Under the pieces are notes generated by a model that was not told the DNA's origin, searched no databases, and saw only the letters and a list, made by a program, of their open reading frames with translations. From contig JBNKEI010000033.1 of assembly GCA_050288705.1 (NCBI GenBank), positions 18,407 to 82,406 of the forward strand: a stretch of DNA of 64,000 nt, read 5' to 3'. This document shows positions 56,673-64,000 of the stretch, in pieces. A program made the position numbers and the translations under genes. Origin of the DNA: Myxococcales bacterium. GTDB taxonomy: Bacteria; Myxococcota; Myxococcia; Myxococcales; UBA5297. Numbering within the stretch: the first letter of the stretch is position 1; every line of letters starts with the position of its first letter.

Positions 56673-57962
56673 TTATCGATAGGAATAGACTACCCGACCA
56701 CCAACAACTGTATAGATTGCTTTTCCTTTCAGGCTGCGATTCAAAAACGGAGTATTGGTGCTCTTTGAATGCAGCTCAGCAGGTGCACATAGCCACTGAC
56801 AATGGGGGTCAATTACGGTGACGTCTGCCGGGCTACCTTCAGCCATAACTCCCCCAGAAACATTCAGCACTTTCGCTGGCCCAGTGGAAAGCAGCTCTAC
56901 CATTCTCAAGGGAGAAAGCATCCCTATTCTCACTAATTCTAAACTCAACGGTACGGCCGTTTCCAACCCCACAAGCCCATTAGCAGCCGCTTCAAACTCC
57001 ACTTCTTTTTGCATAGTGGCGTGCGGCGCATGATCAGTGGCAATAGCATCAATGGCGCCATCGGCTAGAGCATCAATAATTGCTTGACGATCGCATGGCG
57101 TTCGCAAAGGCGGGTTAACCTTGGCATAAGTGTTGTAATCAGCTACTGCTTCTTCGGTCAAAGTGAAGTGGTGAGGGGCAGCCTCGGCAGTAACCGACAA
57201 CCCTCGTTTTTTGGCGTCTCGAAGCAAGCGTACAGAGCCAGCGCAGGAAAGATGCGCCAAATGAAGCCGGCCACCAGTGACTTCCAGCAGGCTCAAGTCT
57301 CGTGCTACCATTGATTCTTCCGCCGCAGAAGGAATTCCCGGTAGTCCTAGACGAGTAGCCATTGGACCCTCGTTCATTACACCTTTTCCTGCTAGGCTTA
57401 GGTCTTCCTCGTGAGCAATAACCGGCACTTGAAAACATTTGGCGTATTCTAATGCCCGTCTCATTAGTGCCGAACTCATAACTGGATGACCGTCGTCAGA
57501 TATGGCCCGACAGCCAGCAGCTACTAAGTCTCCTATCTCCGCAAGATGTTCGCCTTTCAAACCCTTACTGATAGCTCCAACAGGGTAGACTCGCGCCAAA
57601 TTGGCATTACGTGCTTGCCGGAGAATTAGTTCGGTTACTCCCTGATGGTCGTTGGCTGGTTTGGTATTAGGCATACAGGCAATGGCGGTAAAGCCGCCGG
57701 CCACTGCCGCCGTAACACCACTAGCCACAGTTTCTTTGTATTCTTCTCCTGGCTCGCGCAAGTGCACATGAAGATCGATTAGCCCGGGAACCACCCAACA
57801 ATTGGTAGCATCGATTACCTGCGCCTGGGAAAACTCCGAAATTTCCAGAGGCTGTCCGCTAATTTTAGTAATCCTGCCATCATCTATTTGCAGATGACCA
57901 GTGGCATCTTTGCCCGAGGCGGGATCAAGCAAACGACCATTAATGATAAAGAGCAAAGGCAT
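56673..57962 (-). CDS. pyrC: Dihydroorotase
   Basis: PGLIDLHVHLREPG metal-binding motif, amidohydrolase fold pattern, ATDHAPH. Confidence 0.92.
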   Translation of the reverse strand: MPLLFIINGRLLDPASGKDATGHLQIDDGRITKISGQPLEISEFSQAQVIDATNCWVVPGLIDLHVHLREPGEEYKETVASGVTAAVAGGFTAIACMPNTKPANDHQGVTELILRQARNANLARVYPVGAISKGLKGEHLAEIGDLVAAGCRAISDDGHPVMSSALMRRALEYAKCFQVPVIAHEEDLSLAGKGVMNEGPMATRLGLPGIPSAAEESMVARDLSLLEVTGGRLHLAHLSCAGSVRLLRDAKKRGLSVTAEAAPHHFTLTEEAVADYNTYAKVNPPLRTPCDRQAIIDALADGAIDAIATDHAPHATMQKEVEFEAAANGLVGLETAVPLSLELVRIGMLSPLRMVELLSTGPAKVLNVSGGVMAEGSPADVTVIDPHCQWLCAPAELHSKSTNTPFLNRSLKGKAIYTVVGGRVVYSYR

Positions 57963-58159
57963 GGGGCTCCTTCAAGTGACCGAAAAATTATTTTCAAACG
58001 AAATGAGCATCGCAACAACTCTAGGCTTCGGAGTTTAATCCTGGGTACAAATAATTATCAGAAACAGTGGCATTTAAAAAAATAAATAAACGAGCAACCC
58101 GCCCTAGCCTACTTGATAATTAGTGGGTCGATTACAACAATTTCTCACCCGCGCCCAAG

Positions 58160-59989
58160 TCACAGAGAAGCAACCAGGCCGAGCAACTCTTCACGCTCGC
58201 GAGAGAGGCCATTAACATCGTCACGCAAGCGGCTTTTCCATGGCTCGGGCAGATAATTCAAATGGTTGGTATAAAGAACTGCTTCCAGAGTTTGTAGTTG
58301 CTGTTTAAGCATCGATCCTTCGGGAACAAAAGATTCGGCCTCTTCTATAAAAACTCGCAAATCAACAATTACATTTTGATCTTCTCGAGCAAATCCGCTA
58401 GCTCGACGGGCTCGTCTTCGCGAACGATTACCAATAAGCTCCAGAGCTGCGGGGGTAAAAAAACCGAGGACTGCAAACAGTTTCTTTAACTCATCGTCAG
58501 TTGGCATATTAGTACTCTGCGGACTAGCGGCCAACGATGCAGATTCCAGCGAAATCAATCGAATTCCACAACTTTCACAAACCGCTTTCAGTACTGCTTT
58601 TTTTTCGGCAAAGGTTTCCGGAGCCAATATTGGCAAATGCTCCTCCACCCTGCCAGGGCGACCAGTATCGGGCGCCAAATTGAATGGCCTCGCCGTCAAT
58701 AACATCCAAAAAATTTTTCCCCGGTATTCCGGGTCACCCATAAAGGCAGTAAAGGCTCCAAAAACCCGCTCATCGACTTTGTTGCCGGCGTCGCTGCGCT
58801 CATTACCCAGAGTCTTATCAGCTTCATCGATCATCACAATATTGGGGGTCATGGCTTTTAAAATATTAAAAATAGTATCAAGGTTACTTTCAGTCTGCCC
58901 TACATACATTCCTCGAAAATTGCGCAAGGACACTGCATTTATTCCCGCATCATGAACAAACGCCTTGGCAATAAAAGTCTTACCAACACCGTTGGGGCCA
59001 GGGCAAACCACTCCCACTGGGACGTCTGGACGACCATCCCGCAAATCTTGAGCAGTGTCTTTCAAAAAAGATTTAATAGCGTCGTTTCCACCTACTGCAT
59101 CCAAGCCATGATGGGAAGAAAGAATTTCCAACATTCCTCGGCTGTCACGGGATATTAATTCTCTTTTCCGCGCGCTAACGTAATTAATGGTCAAGATGCG
59201 CTCCGCAGAGTGAAGCGCACGCAAAAATAAATGCCGGATTCCTGTTAAAGTTAGCCCAGCAGTCAATTCCACTAACTGCGTTTCGGTAATGTTCATTGCC
59301 AGGCTTTCACCATTTTCCACTACCAGCTTAGCCTGTTGCCAACGCAGAAATCGTGCTCGTTCTTCCGCAGTAGGACGAGGAACATCAATAGTTGTTACTA
59401 GCTCACTTCTAACCAAATCGGGGTGAAGATTATGTATTTGCGAAGTAAAGGCAAAGCAAACTGCCTTTCTTGCCCCAGAGTCCTGCAGCCGCTCGTAAAA
59501 CATTTGCGCGAACCGCTGCAAAGTAACCGTATTAATACGATCAATTTCGGTCATCGATTGGGGATCGCCATTTGGCGCCAAGTGCTCGGCATAATCAAGC
59601 ACTAGGGCAACCGGGCGTTGGGAACACTCAATCCCTACAATAAAAGCTTCAATAAACGCCAATGCGCGAATACTCTCCTTAGGAAAATCGAAAACACTAC
59701 GAATTATTCTTTGCCCGGGCGGAAGATTTTGGTTGGCTAAACCAACAAATTCTTCCGCGTCCTTAGTGTTTTGAAAGCGCATTCCTCTTGATACGTCGTA
59801 ATACACAATAATGAATCCGCTTTTTAGCAACATACTTTCTACATAAGCGCGGCCACTCACATACTCTCCCCCAAGTGGAAAGAGATCACTAATATTGTTG
59901 TGCAAAACAAAAAAAGCTGATTCGCAGCGGGAATAAGAATCGCGAAAAGCTTGCGCCCAAGGAGTATAAGTGGCTTGACTAGCGGTCAT
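58160..59989 (-). CDS. Classical-clade AAA+ ATPase with an N-terminal P-loop-less AAA-like module
   Basis: Walker A GPNGVGKT (residues 331-338), Walker B IVMIDEAD (384-391), SRH-like LLTARPFNLAPDTGRPGRVEE. Residues 1-300 lack a P-loop but contain ALVLDYAEHL and IDVPRPTAEERARFL AAA-like blocks. ATGA overlap with the upstream gene. Confidence 0.85.
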   Translation of the reverse strand: MTASQATYTPWAQAFRDSYSRCESAFFVLHNNISDLFPLGGEYVSGRAYVESMLLKSGFIIVYYDVSRGMRFQNTKDAEEFVGLANQNLPPGQRIIRSVFDFPKESIRALAFIEAFIVGIECSQRPVALVLDYAEHLAPNGDPQSMTEIDRINTVTLQRFAQMFYERLQDSGARKAVCFAFTSQIHNLHPDLVRSELVTTIDVPRPTAEERARFLRWQQAKLVVENGESLAMNITETQLVELTAGLTLTGIRHLFLRALHSAERILTINYVSARKRELISRDSRGMLEILSSHHGLDAVGGNDAIKSFLKDTAQDLRDGRPDVPVGVVCPGPNGVGKTFIAKAFVHDAGINAVSLRNFRGMYVGQTESNLDTIFNILKAMTPNIVMIDEADKTLGNERSDAGNKVDERVFGAFTAFMGDPEYRGKIFWMLLTARPFNLAPDTGRPGRVEEHLPILAPETFAEKKAVLKAVCESCGIRLISLESASLAASPQSTNMPTDDELKKLFAVLGFFTPAALELIGNRSRRRARRASGFAREDQNVIVDLRVFIEEAESFVPEGSMLKQQLQTLEAVLYTNHLNYLPEPWKSRLRDDVNGLSREREELLGLVASL

Positions 59990-60873
59990 GACCTAGTCCT
60001 TCGAGATACGCGATTTCTACGCGAATTCTTATTACCAACAATTTCATCACAAGCCTCTCCCGCTGCCCTTAATCTGGCTTGCAGTTCCGATACATCGCTT
60101 ACCGATGCAACTCCGCCTATGGCTACGTCGGCTTTGCGTAATTCCATGGCCAGTTTGAATTCCTGCAAATTTTTTTCGATTACGGTAAGCACCGAGCCAA
60201 TTTGCTTCTTTTTATCTTTAGCTGCCCGCCATTGTAGAAGAGTACGTTCGGTAGATTCTTTGGCTTCCAGCAGCGCATCGCGCACCGTTCCCGGCTCGGT
60301 CCGCTTTTCTTCTTCTTGGATACGTTGAAGCTCAGCTTCCAGCCAAGCTCCGTCAGAAGCTTGAATGATACGTTCCAACCTGCCATGCAGCTTTACTAAC
60401 TGAATAGCGCGGTCGCGCAAATCTGCTAAATCCGGCCGAGAGGATTGCATCATGGCTTCTACTGAATCATCAATTCCATCCAAAAAAACTGCTTCAATGG
60501 TGCGATGATGATAGAGAATTTTTTCCAACCCCAAACGCACTTCCGGAGCTGCTGATTGTAAAATACCTACCAGCTCACGGGTGGACTTGTCCTGTACCTG
60601 CTTTGATGCCTCTTGTTGTAATTGCTTTACTAGATTTTGATCCAATCCAGCGGTTACGTAATAGCCATACAGAACCACTCCTAAACCCGCTACAAACCCC
60701 CCCAAGGCAATACCCAAATCGGACCCCAGTGCGGATGATCCTCCTACTGCAATAGCTGCTCCCAGAGCGCTGGGAATACCAAATACATGTAAAAACCGTT
60801 GGCGCCAGCGAAAACAAGACTTCAAGCGCTCACGCCAACCAGGAATATAAGGAGAGGTCACGTCCACATCCAA
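59986..60873 (-). CDS. Membrane-anchored all-helical protein (two N-terminal TM segments + ~210-aa helical cytoplasmic domain)
   Basis: Gly/Ala-rich hydrophobic stretches GIPSALGAAIAVGG and IALGGFVAGLGVVLYGYYV, followed by heptad-like helices. The start is uncertain (TTG 60873, GTG 60867 or 60861). Confidence 0.7.
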   Translation of the reverse strand: MDVDVTSPYIPGWRERLKSCFRWRQRFLHVFGIPSALGAAIAVGGSSALGSDLGIALGGFVAGLGVVLYGYYVTAGLDQNLVKQLQQEASKQVQDKSTRELVGILQSAAPEVRLGLEKILYHHRTIEAVFLDGIDDSVEAMMQSSRPDLADLRDRAIQLVKLHGRLERIIQASDGAWLEAELQRIQEEEKRTEPGTVRDALLEAKESTERTLLQWRAAKDKKKQIGSVLTVIEKNLQEFKLAMELRKADVAIGGVASVSDVSELQARLRAAGEACDEIVGNKNSRRNRVSRRTRS

Positions 60874-60885
60874 GTAGGAACCTTT

Positions 60886-62508
60886 TTATCTATCCCCACA
60901 ATTAAAAAGACGGAATTCTGTTCGCCGACTAGCATCAGCGTCTTCTGCTCCGTTTTTCAACACCAGACGCTCAGAGCCAAAACCGCGAACATCAAATCTC
61001 GAATCAGGAAAGGCCTTACTATCAATTTCGTGCAACACCTGCACAATAGCTTTGGCTCTCGCTTCGCTTAACCTTTTATTCAAAGCGGCATTCCCACTTG
61101 AACTAGTATGTCCATAAACGCGCACACAAAGAGCTGGAAATCCTTTTAATTGCTCAGCAATTCCCACCACGATGCTCCGCCCGTTTGCATCTAAAGACCA
61201 TTTACCATCGCCAAAATAAATATTGGGAAGTTTTAGAGTTCCCACATCGGCGGTAGTATCGTGCTTAGCTTTTTCTGCGTTATAGGAGTAAGTTTTTTCC
61301 TTTACACTCAGCTTAGGCGCACGTACTTCGGTTTGTTTTCCTGCTACTTCCGCTGCTAATCTCGCTTTTTCTTCTAGTCGTGATTTTATTGCAACTAGAA
61401 AACTATCATTTAAAATATTGGACGCATTAGGTAAATCCGATGCGCTCACTTTGTTTTTTGCAACTAGTAATCTTCCGGTTTTGGTAATACGCTCCATCAT
61501 TTTGGCAGGAGTGCCGCATTGCCCCCACCATAAACAGGCATTTTCTTCATAGTTCAAAAAGTCAATACCCGAAAGAACTGCTTCACCCAGCTTGGTTTCC
61601 CCTCCACAGTCTGCCCCACAATCAGCAGTAATAAATTGAGCATGGGCAGCAGGGTCATTTCCATAGTTGCCGATAACCTTGAAATAGGCGCTGGCTAATT
61701 GCTGCAACGTTTCTCTTTCCTGAATTACAAAGTCACGGTTAGCTACTAAAACGTCTATAATTACGTCGTCGGCTTGCCCACCGGTAGCAAAAACTTTAGG
61801 AAATCCTTCTTTCTCCGCCAAAGCAGTAAAAGGCTGCCAGAGCACCGCTACTTGCACCTTTCCTTGCTTTAGTTTTTCCCAACAATCTTTTGCCACCACG
61901 CCGTTATCGGTAGAAAGGTCTTCGAGTGCTGAAAAAGAAAGACTAGCGAAATCCCAAAGATGCTCGCTGGGGGTGCCGGTGGAATAACAAACTCTATCGC
62001 TTCGTTTTACTTCGTCGAAACTGCTTTTTCCTTTTTGCAAAAATATGGCGTCACCACCATTGGATTCATCAATATTCCAAAGTATAACTCCAGGGTAAAT
62101 GCCATCTTTTTTATTTTTTGCTCCATGTTGAAGAAAAGCATCTACTGTAGTTAATGCAATATCTATTTCGCCATCAGCCAATGCTTTCATCCGCTCGTAT
62201 TGATCGTAATATTTTTCGTCATCAATATAATCAATTCCGATTTCGGACTTTGCTAGCTCCTCAGCCAAGCGGGGTTCATTACGAAAAGTGCTGTACCCTG
62301 ACCAGGGATCACCCGCAATCTTAATAATTTTTTTAAATTTTTTACCGCTTAACGAGGTAGAGCTATTCAAAGCTTTTTCTTTATACTTTTCTTGAATAAT
62401 CGGCTGAACAAATTTCACCCAACCAAAATATCCCGCTGCTCCCAATATAACTAATGGAATTCCAATTCTAAGCAGTGGGCCGGGACGCCCATTCGAACTT
62501 TGTGACAT
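60886..62508 (-). CDS. Membrane-anchored periplasmic protein: NMT1/SsuA-like solute-binding fold fused to an OmpA/MotB-like peptidoglycan-binding domain
   Basis: N-terminal TM IGIPLVILGAAGYFGW. A binding-protein-like region (IAGDPWSGYSTF...DIALTTVDAFL...). C-terminal YFGDGKWSL...VYGHTSSSGNAALNKRLSEARAKAIVQVL...RRTEFRL OmpA_C-like block. The ATG at 62508 follows an AGGAG SD. Confidence 0.8.
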   Translation of the reverse strand: MSQSSNGRPGPLLRIGIPLVILGAAGYFGWVKFVQPIIQEKYKEKALNSSTSLSGKKFKKIIKIAGDPWSGYSTFRNEPRLAEELAKSEIGIDYIDDEKYYDQYERMKALADGEIDIALTTVDAFLQHGAKNKKDGIYPGVILWNIDESNGGDAIFLQKGKSSFDEVKRSDRVCYSTGTPSEHLWDFASLSFSALEDLSTDNGVVAKDCWEKLKQGKVQVAVLWQPFTALAEKEGFPKVFATGGQADDVIIDVLVANRDFVIQERETLQQLASAYFKVIGNYGNDPAAHAQFITADCGADCGGETKLGEAVLSGIDFLNYEENACLWWGQCGTPAKMMERITKTGRLLVAKNKVSASDLPNASNILNDSFLVAIKSRLEEKARLAAEVAGKQTEVRAPKLSVKEKTYSYNAEKAKHDTTADVGTLKLPNIYFGDGKWSLDANGRSIVVGIAEQLKGFPALCVRVYGHTSSSGNAALNKRLSEARAKAIVQVLHEIDSKAFPDSRFDVRGFGSERLVLKNGAEDADASRRTEFRLFNCGDR

Positions 62509-62600
62509 CAATGTCTCCTAAATCCTCCTGCAATCTCCCAACAAAACCAGCAGAATGGACGCATTAGTTTTTTCGCATCTACAGACAGTTAACCAGCTAG

Positions 62601-63353
62601 CTAGCCAATTCCTGGTTTGTTTTCGGTCGCGCGCACGCCGGAAGTTGAAGAATCAGCGCCTGCTTGTTGGCGAGCTTCTAGCATGGCCTGAAATTTTGAT
62701 TTACTAGCACTTACTCGCACTTTTTCTCGAAGCTGACGCCGTTTTTCGTCGCGAGTTGCTCCCGACATTTCGTCAGAAATGTCTGCCTGCGCTGCAACCG
62801 AATCAATATACTTATCGATATCAGCAACTGCCCCCTCCTCGGATGCGGTACTCATTCCACTCATCATATCGTTAAAGGACTTGCGCGCCTGAGCTGACTG
62901 TAACTTGGCGATCATTGCGTCGCGTTTGGAACCCATTTGTTTAGTGCGCGACTCTAAATCACGTAGCTTAACCAAATAATCGGACACCATTTTTTCGGAA
63001 TTAACCAACTCGGAACGCAGGTGATTCAACTCTCCGTCCAGCGCCTCTTTTTCGTTTAGTAGGTCTTCGCCCAATTCTTGCGCCTCGACATTTCCGGCCT
63101 CAGCCTCCCTTAAGGCGCCCTCTAATTCCTCTTCCGCCTGTCTGAGTTGCTTGGATTTCTGCTCCACCATTGACCTAAGCTTGTTGCGCTCGGCAGCTAA
63201 ACGGCCTACCGCGGTCTGCATTTTCTGATATTGGTCTTTCATTTTGTTAATGGCCATCTCGTAAACTGCTTCTGGATTAGACTGTTCCAAACTACGTTGC
63301 CCTTGCCAGAACAGCCCTTTTACGAAGTTCATAAACCTTCCCACTACGCTCAT
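62601..63353 (-). CDS. pspA: PspA/IM30 (Vipp1/ESCRT-III superfamily) protein
   Basis: N-terminal GRFMNFVKGLFWQGQRSLEQSNPEAVYEMAINKMKDQYQKMQTAVGRLAAERNKL aligns with E. coli PspA FSRFADIV...EDPQKLVRLMIQEMEDTL. Coiled coil throughout. AGGAGG SD. Confidence 0.88.
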   Translation of the reverse strand: MSVVGRFMNFVKGLFWQGQRSLEQSNPEAVYEMAINKMKDQYQKMQTAVGRLAAERNKLRSMVEQKSKQLRQAEEELEGALREAEAGNVEAQELGEDLLNEKEALDGELNHLRSELVNSEKMVSDYLVKLRDLESRTKQMGSKRDAMIAKLQSAQARKSFNDMMSGMSTASEEGAVADIDKYIDSVAAQADISDEMSGATRDEKRRQLREKVRVSASKSKFQAMLEARQQAGADSSTSGVRATENKPGIG

Positions 63354-63454
63354 CTTAATCCTCCTAACTCAACGTCCACGATCCGTCGATCCCATTGGAC
63401 AACTTGGGCGGGTTTGTAAATTGACCTGCCTTAATAGCGATATTGTTGTATTAT

Positions 63455-63994
63455 TTAGGTCGAGTTGGAAACCACCTTTCCAAAAAATTCCCGAGCAGCC
63501 TGTAAGCGTGATTCCTCTACCAAGCAAGCTTTGCGCAGCCCTTCCAAAGAGCGATTAATGTTTTCCATTCTCTGGCGATGCTCTTCGATTTTTTGAGTTA
63601 ATATATCGATTTCTGCTTGTTCCTGCTCAAGGGCTCGGGCTATTTCTTCCTCTTTGCTCCTCATCAACCCTCGCACCCGCTTAATCTTACGTTCCGCATC
63701 CTCTAAAACTGCTTCTCGGCCTTTTCCAATGGCTCCTAAAAATGCTTCCGCGGCAGCGATTTTTGATCCTTGGGGAAGCGAAGCGTCCAACCGGCTCAAA
63801 AATGATTCTAACTGTTCCACTTCATCGGTATTAGGAATTCCCGCCAAATCGTACTGCTCTTGAAAATCAATGACTACCTCCCCCGTTTCGTCGGTAGCTA
63901 TTTCGATGGTTTCTGCAGAAACAAGATCGGCCGGTCCCGGAGGAACCGCAAATTCACTTCCTGATAATAGTGCCGCAAATTCATCATCCCCCAA
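63455..63994 (-). CDS. Acidic N-terminus + coiled-coil protein (possibly 5'-truncated by the window edge)
   Basis: The ORF is open to position 64000, and the listed start is a TTG. The C-terminal ~90 aa are heptad-rich (KRVRGLMRSKEEEIARALEQEQAEIDILTQKIEEHRQRMENINRSLEGL). Confidence 0.6.
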   Translation of the reverse strand: MGDDEFAALLSGSEFAVPPGPADLVSAETIEIATDETGEVVIDFQEQYDLAGIPNTDEVEQLESFLSRLDASLPQGSKIAAAEAFLGAIGKGREAVLEDAERKIKRVRGLMRSKEEEIARALEQEQAEIDILTQKIEEHRQRMENINRSLEGLRKACLVEESRLQAAREFFGKVVSNST

Positions 63995-64000
63995 CTCATC

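Noticed and set aside
58742-58759. GAFTAF in the AAA+ ATPase resembles the GAFTGA sigma54-contact loop of PspF-type bEBPs. That would have made this gene a conventional psp regulator.
   Set aside because: The surrounding sequence aligns with the classical-clade helix that follows Walker B (the FtsH region DEREQTLNQLLVEMDG). The protein has an RPGR-type SRH, no ESELFGHEKGAFTGA context and no C-terminal HTH. The resemblance is coincidental.

Overview
This is a bacterial chromosome segment with two contrasting halves. Several proteins (EF-Tu C-terminal half, a RomR-like regulator, a PomXYZ-like triad) suggest a Myxococcota/Bdellovibrionota-type ('deltaproteobacterial') lineage. That placement is an inference from protein look-alikes, not a search result.

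(1) Positions 1-25100, all on the minus strand, hold the conserved transcription/translation super-cluster. In order of transcription: a sigma70-like promoter, tRNA-Thr(TGT), tRNA-Tyr, tRNA-Gly, tRNA-Thr(GGT), rpmG, tRNA-Trp, secE, nusG, rplKAJL, rpoBC, rpsLG, fusA, tuf, then the S10 and spc ribosomal-protein operons down to rplF. Deviations worth noting:
- rplC is absent between rpsJ and rplD.
- L5 carries a Lys-rich N-terminal extension.
- The only tuf copy has a non-canonical switch-I loop.
- The usual tuf slot after the tRNA cluster is empty.

(2) Positions 25.1-38.4 kb, still on the minus strand, hold housekeeping, envelope and signalling genes: rlmB-like, rimK-like, nadC, valS, a RomR-like response regulator, a tetraheme cytochrome c, nagZ, a BatA-like/DUF58 pair with no MoxR gene in this window, and a sensor kinase.

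(3) Positions 38.4-64 kb are an accessory-looking mosaic:
- Two inverted copies of a hairpin-bearing TIR element linked to a decayed GIY-YIG gene bracket about 7.5 kb. That interval holds a PomY/PomZ/PomX-like coiled-coil/HEAT + ParA + coiled-coil triad, a heptose-LPS cluster and a SEC-C-tagged methionine aminopeptidase.
- Next come an AI-2E transporter, an isolated flgD-flgE pair, two tandem paralogous RTX-repeat lipoproteins, vapBC with a perfect palindromic operator, a Cys-rich lipoprotein and pyrC.
- At the right edge is a tightly packed five-gene minus-strand cluster: acidic/coiled-coil protein, PspA/IM30, membrane-anchored solute-binding-fold + OmpA-like protein, TM + helical protein, and a classical-clade AAA+ ATPase. 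I consider this the best candidate for an uncharacterised system: a peptidoglycan-tethered, ESCRT-III/Vps4-like membrane-remodelling module.

I saw no CRISPR array, rRNA gene, transposase or integrase. All homology calls come from reading the translated ORFs, and no database search was run.
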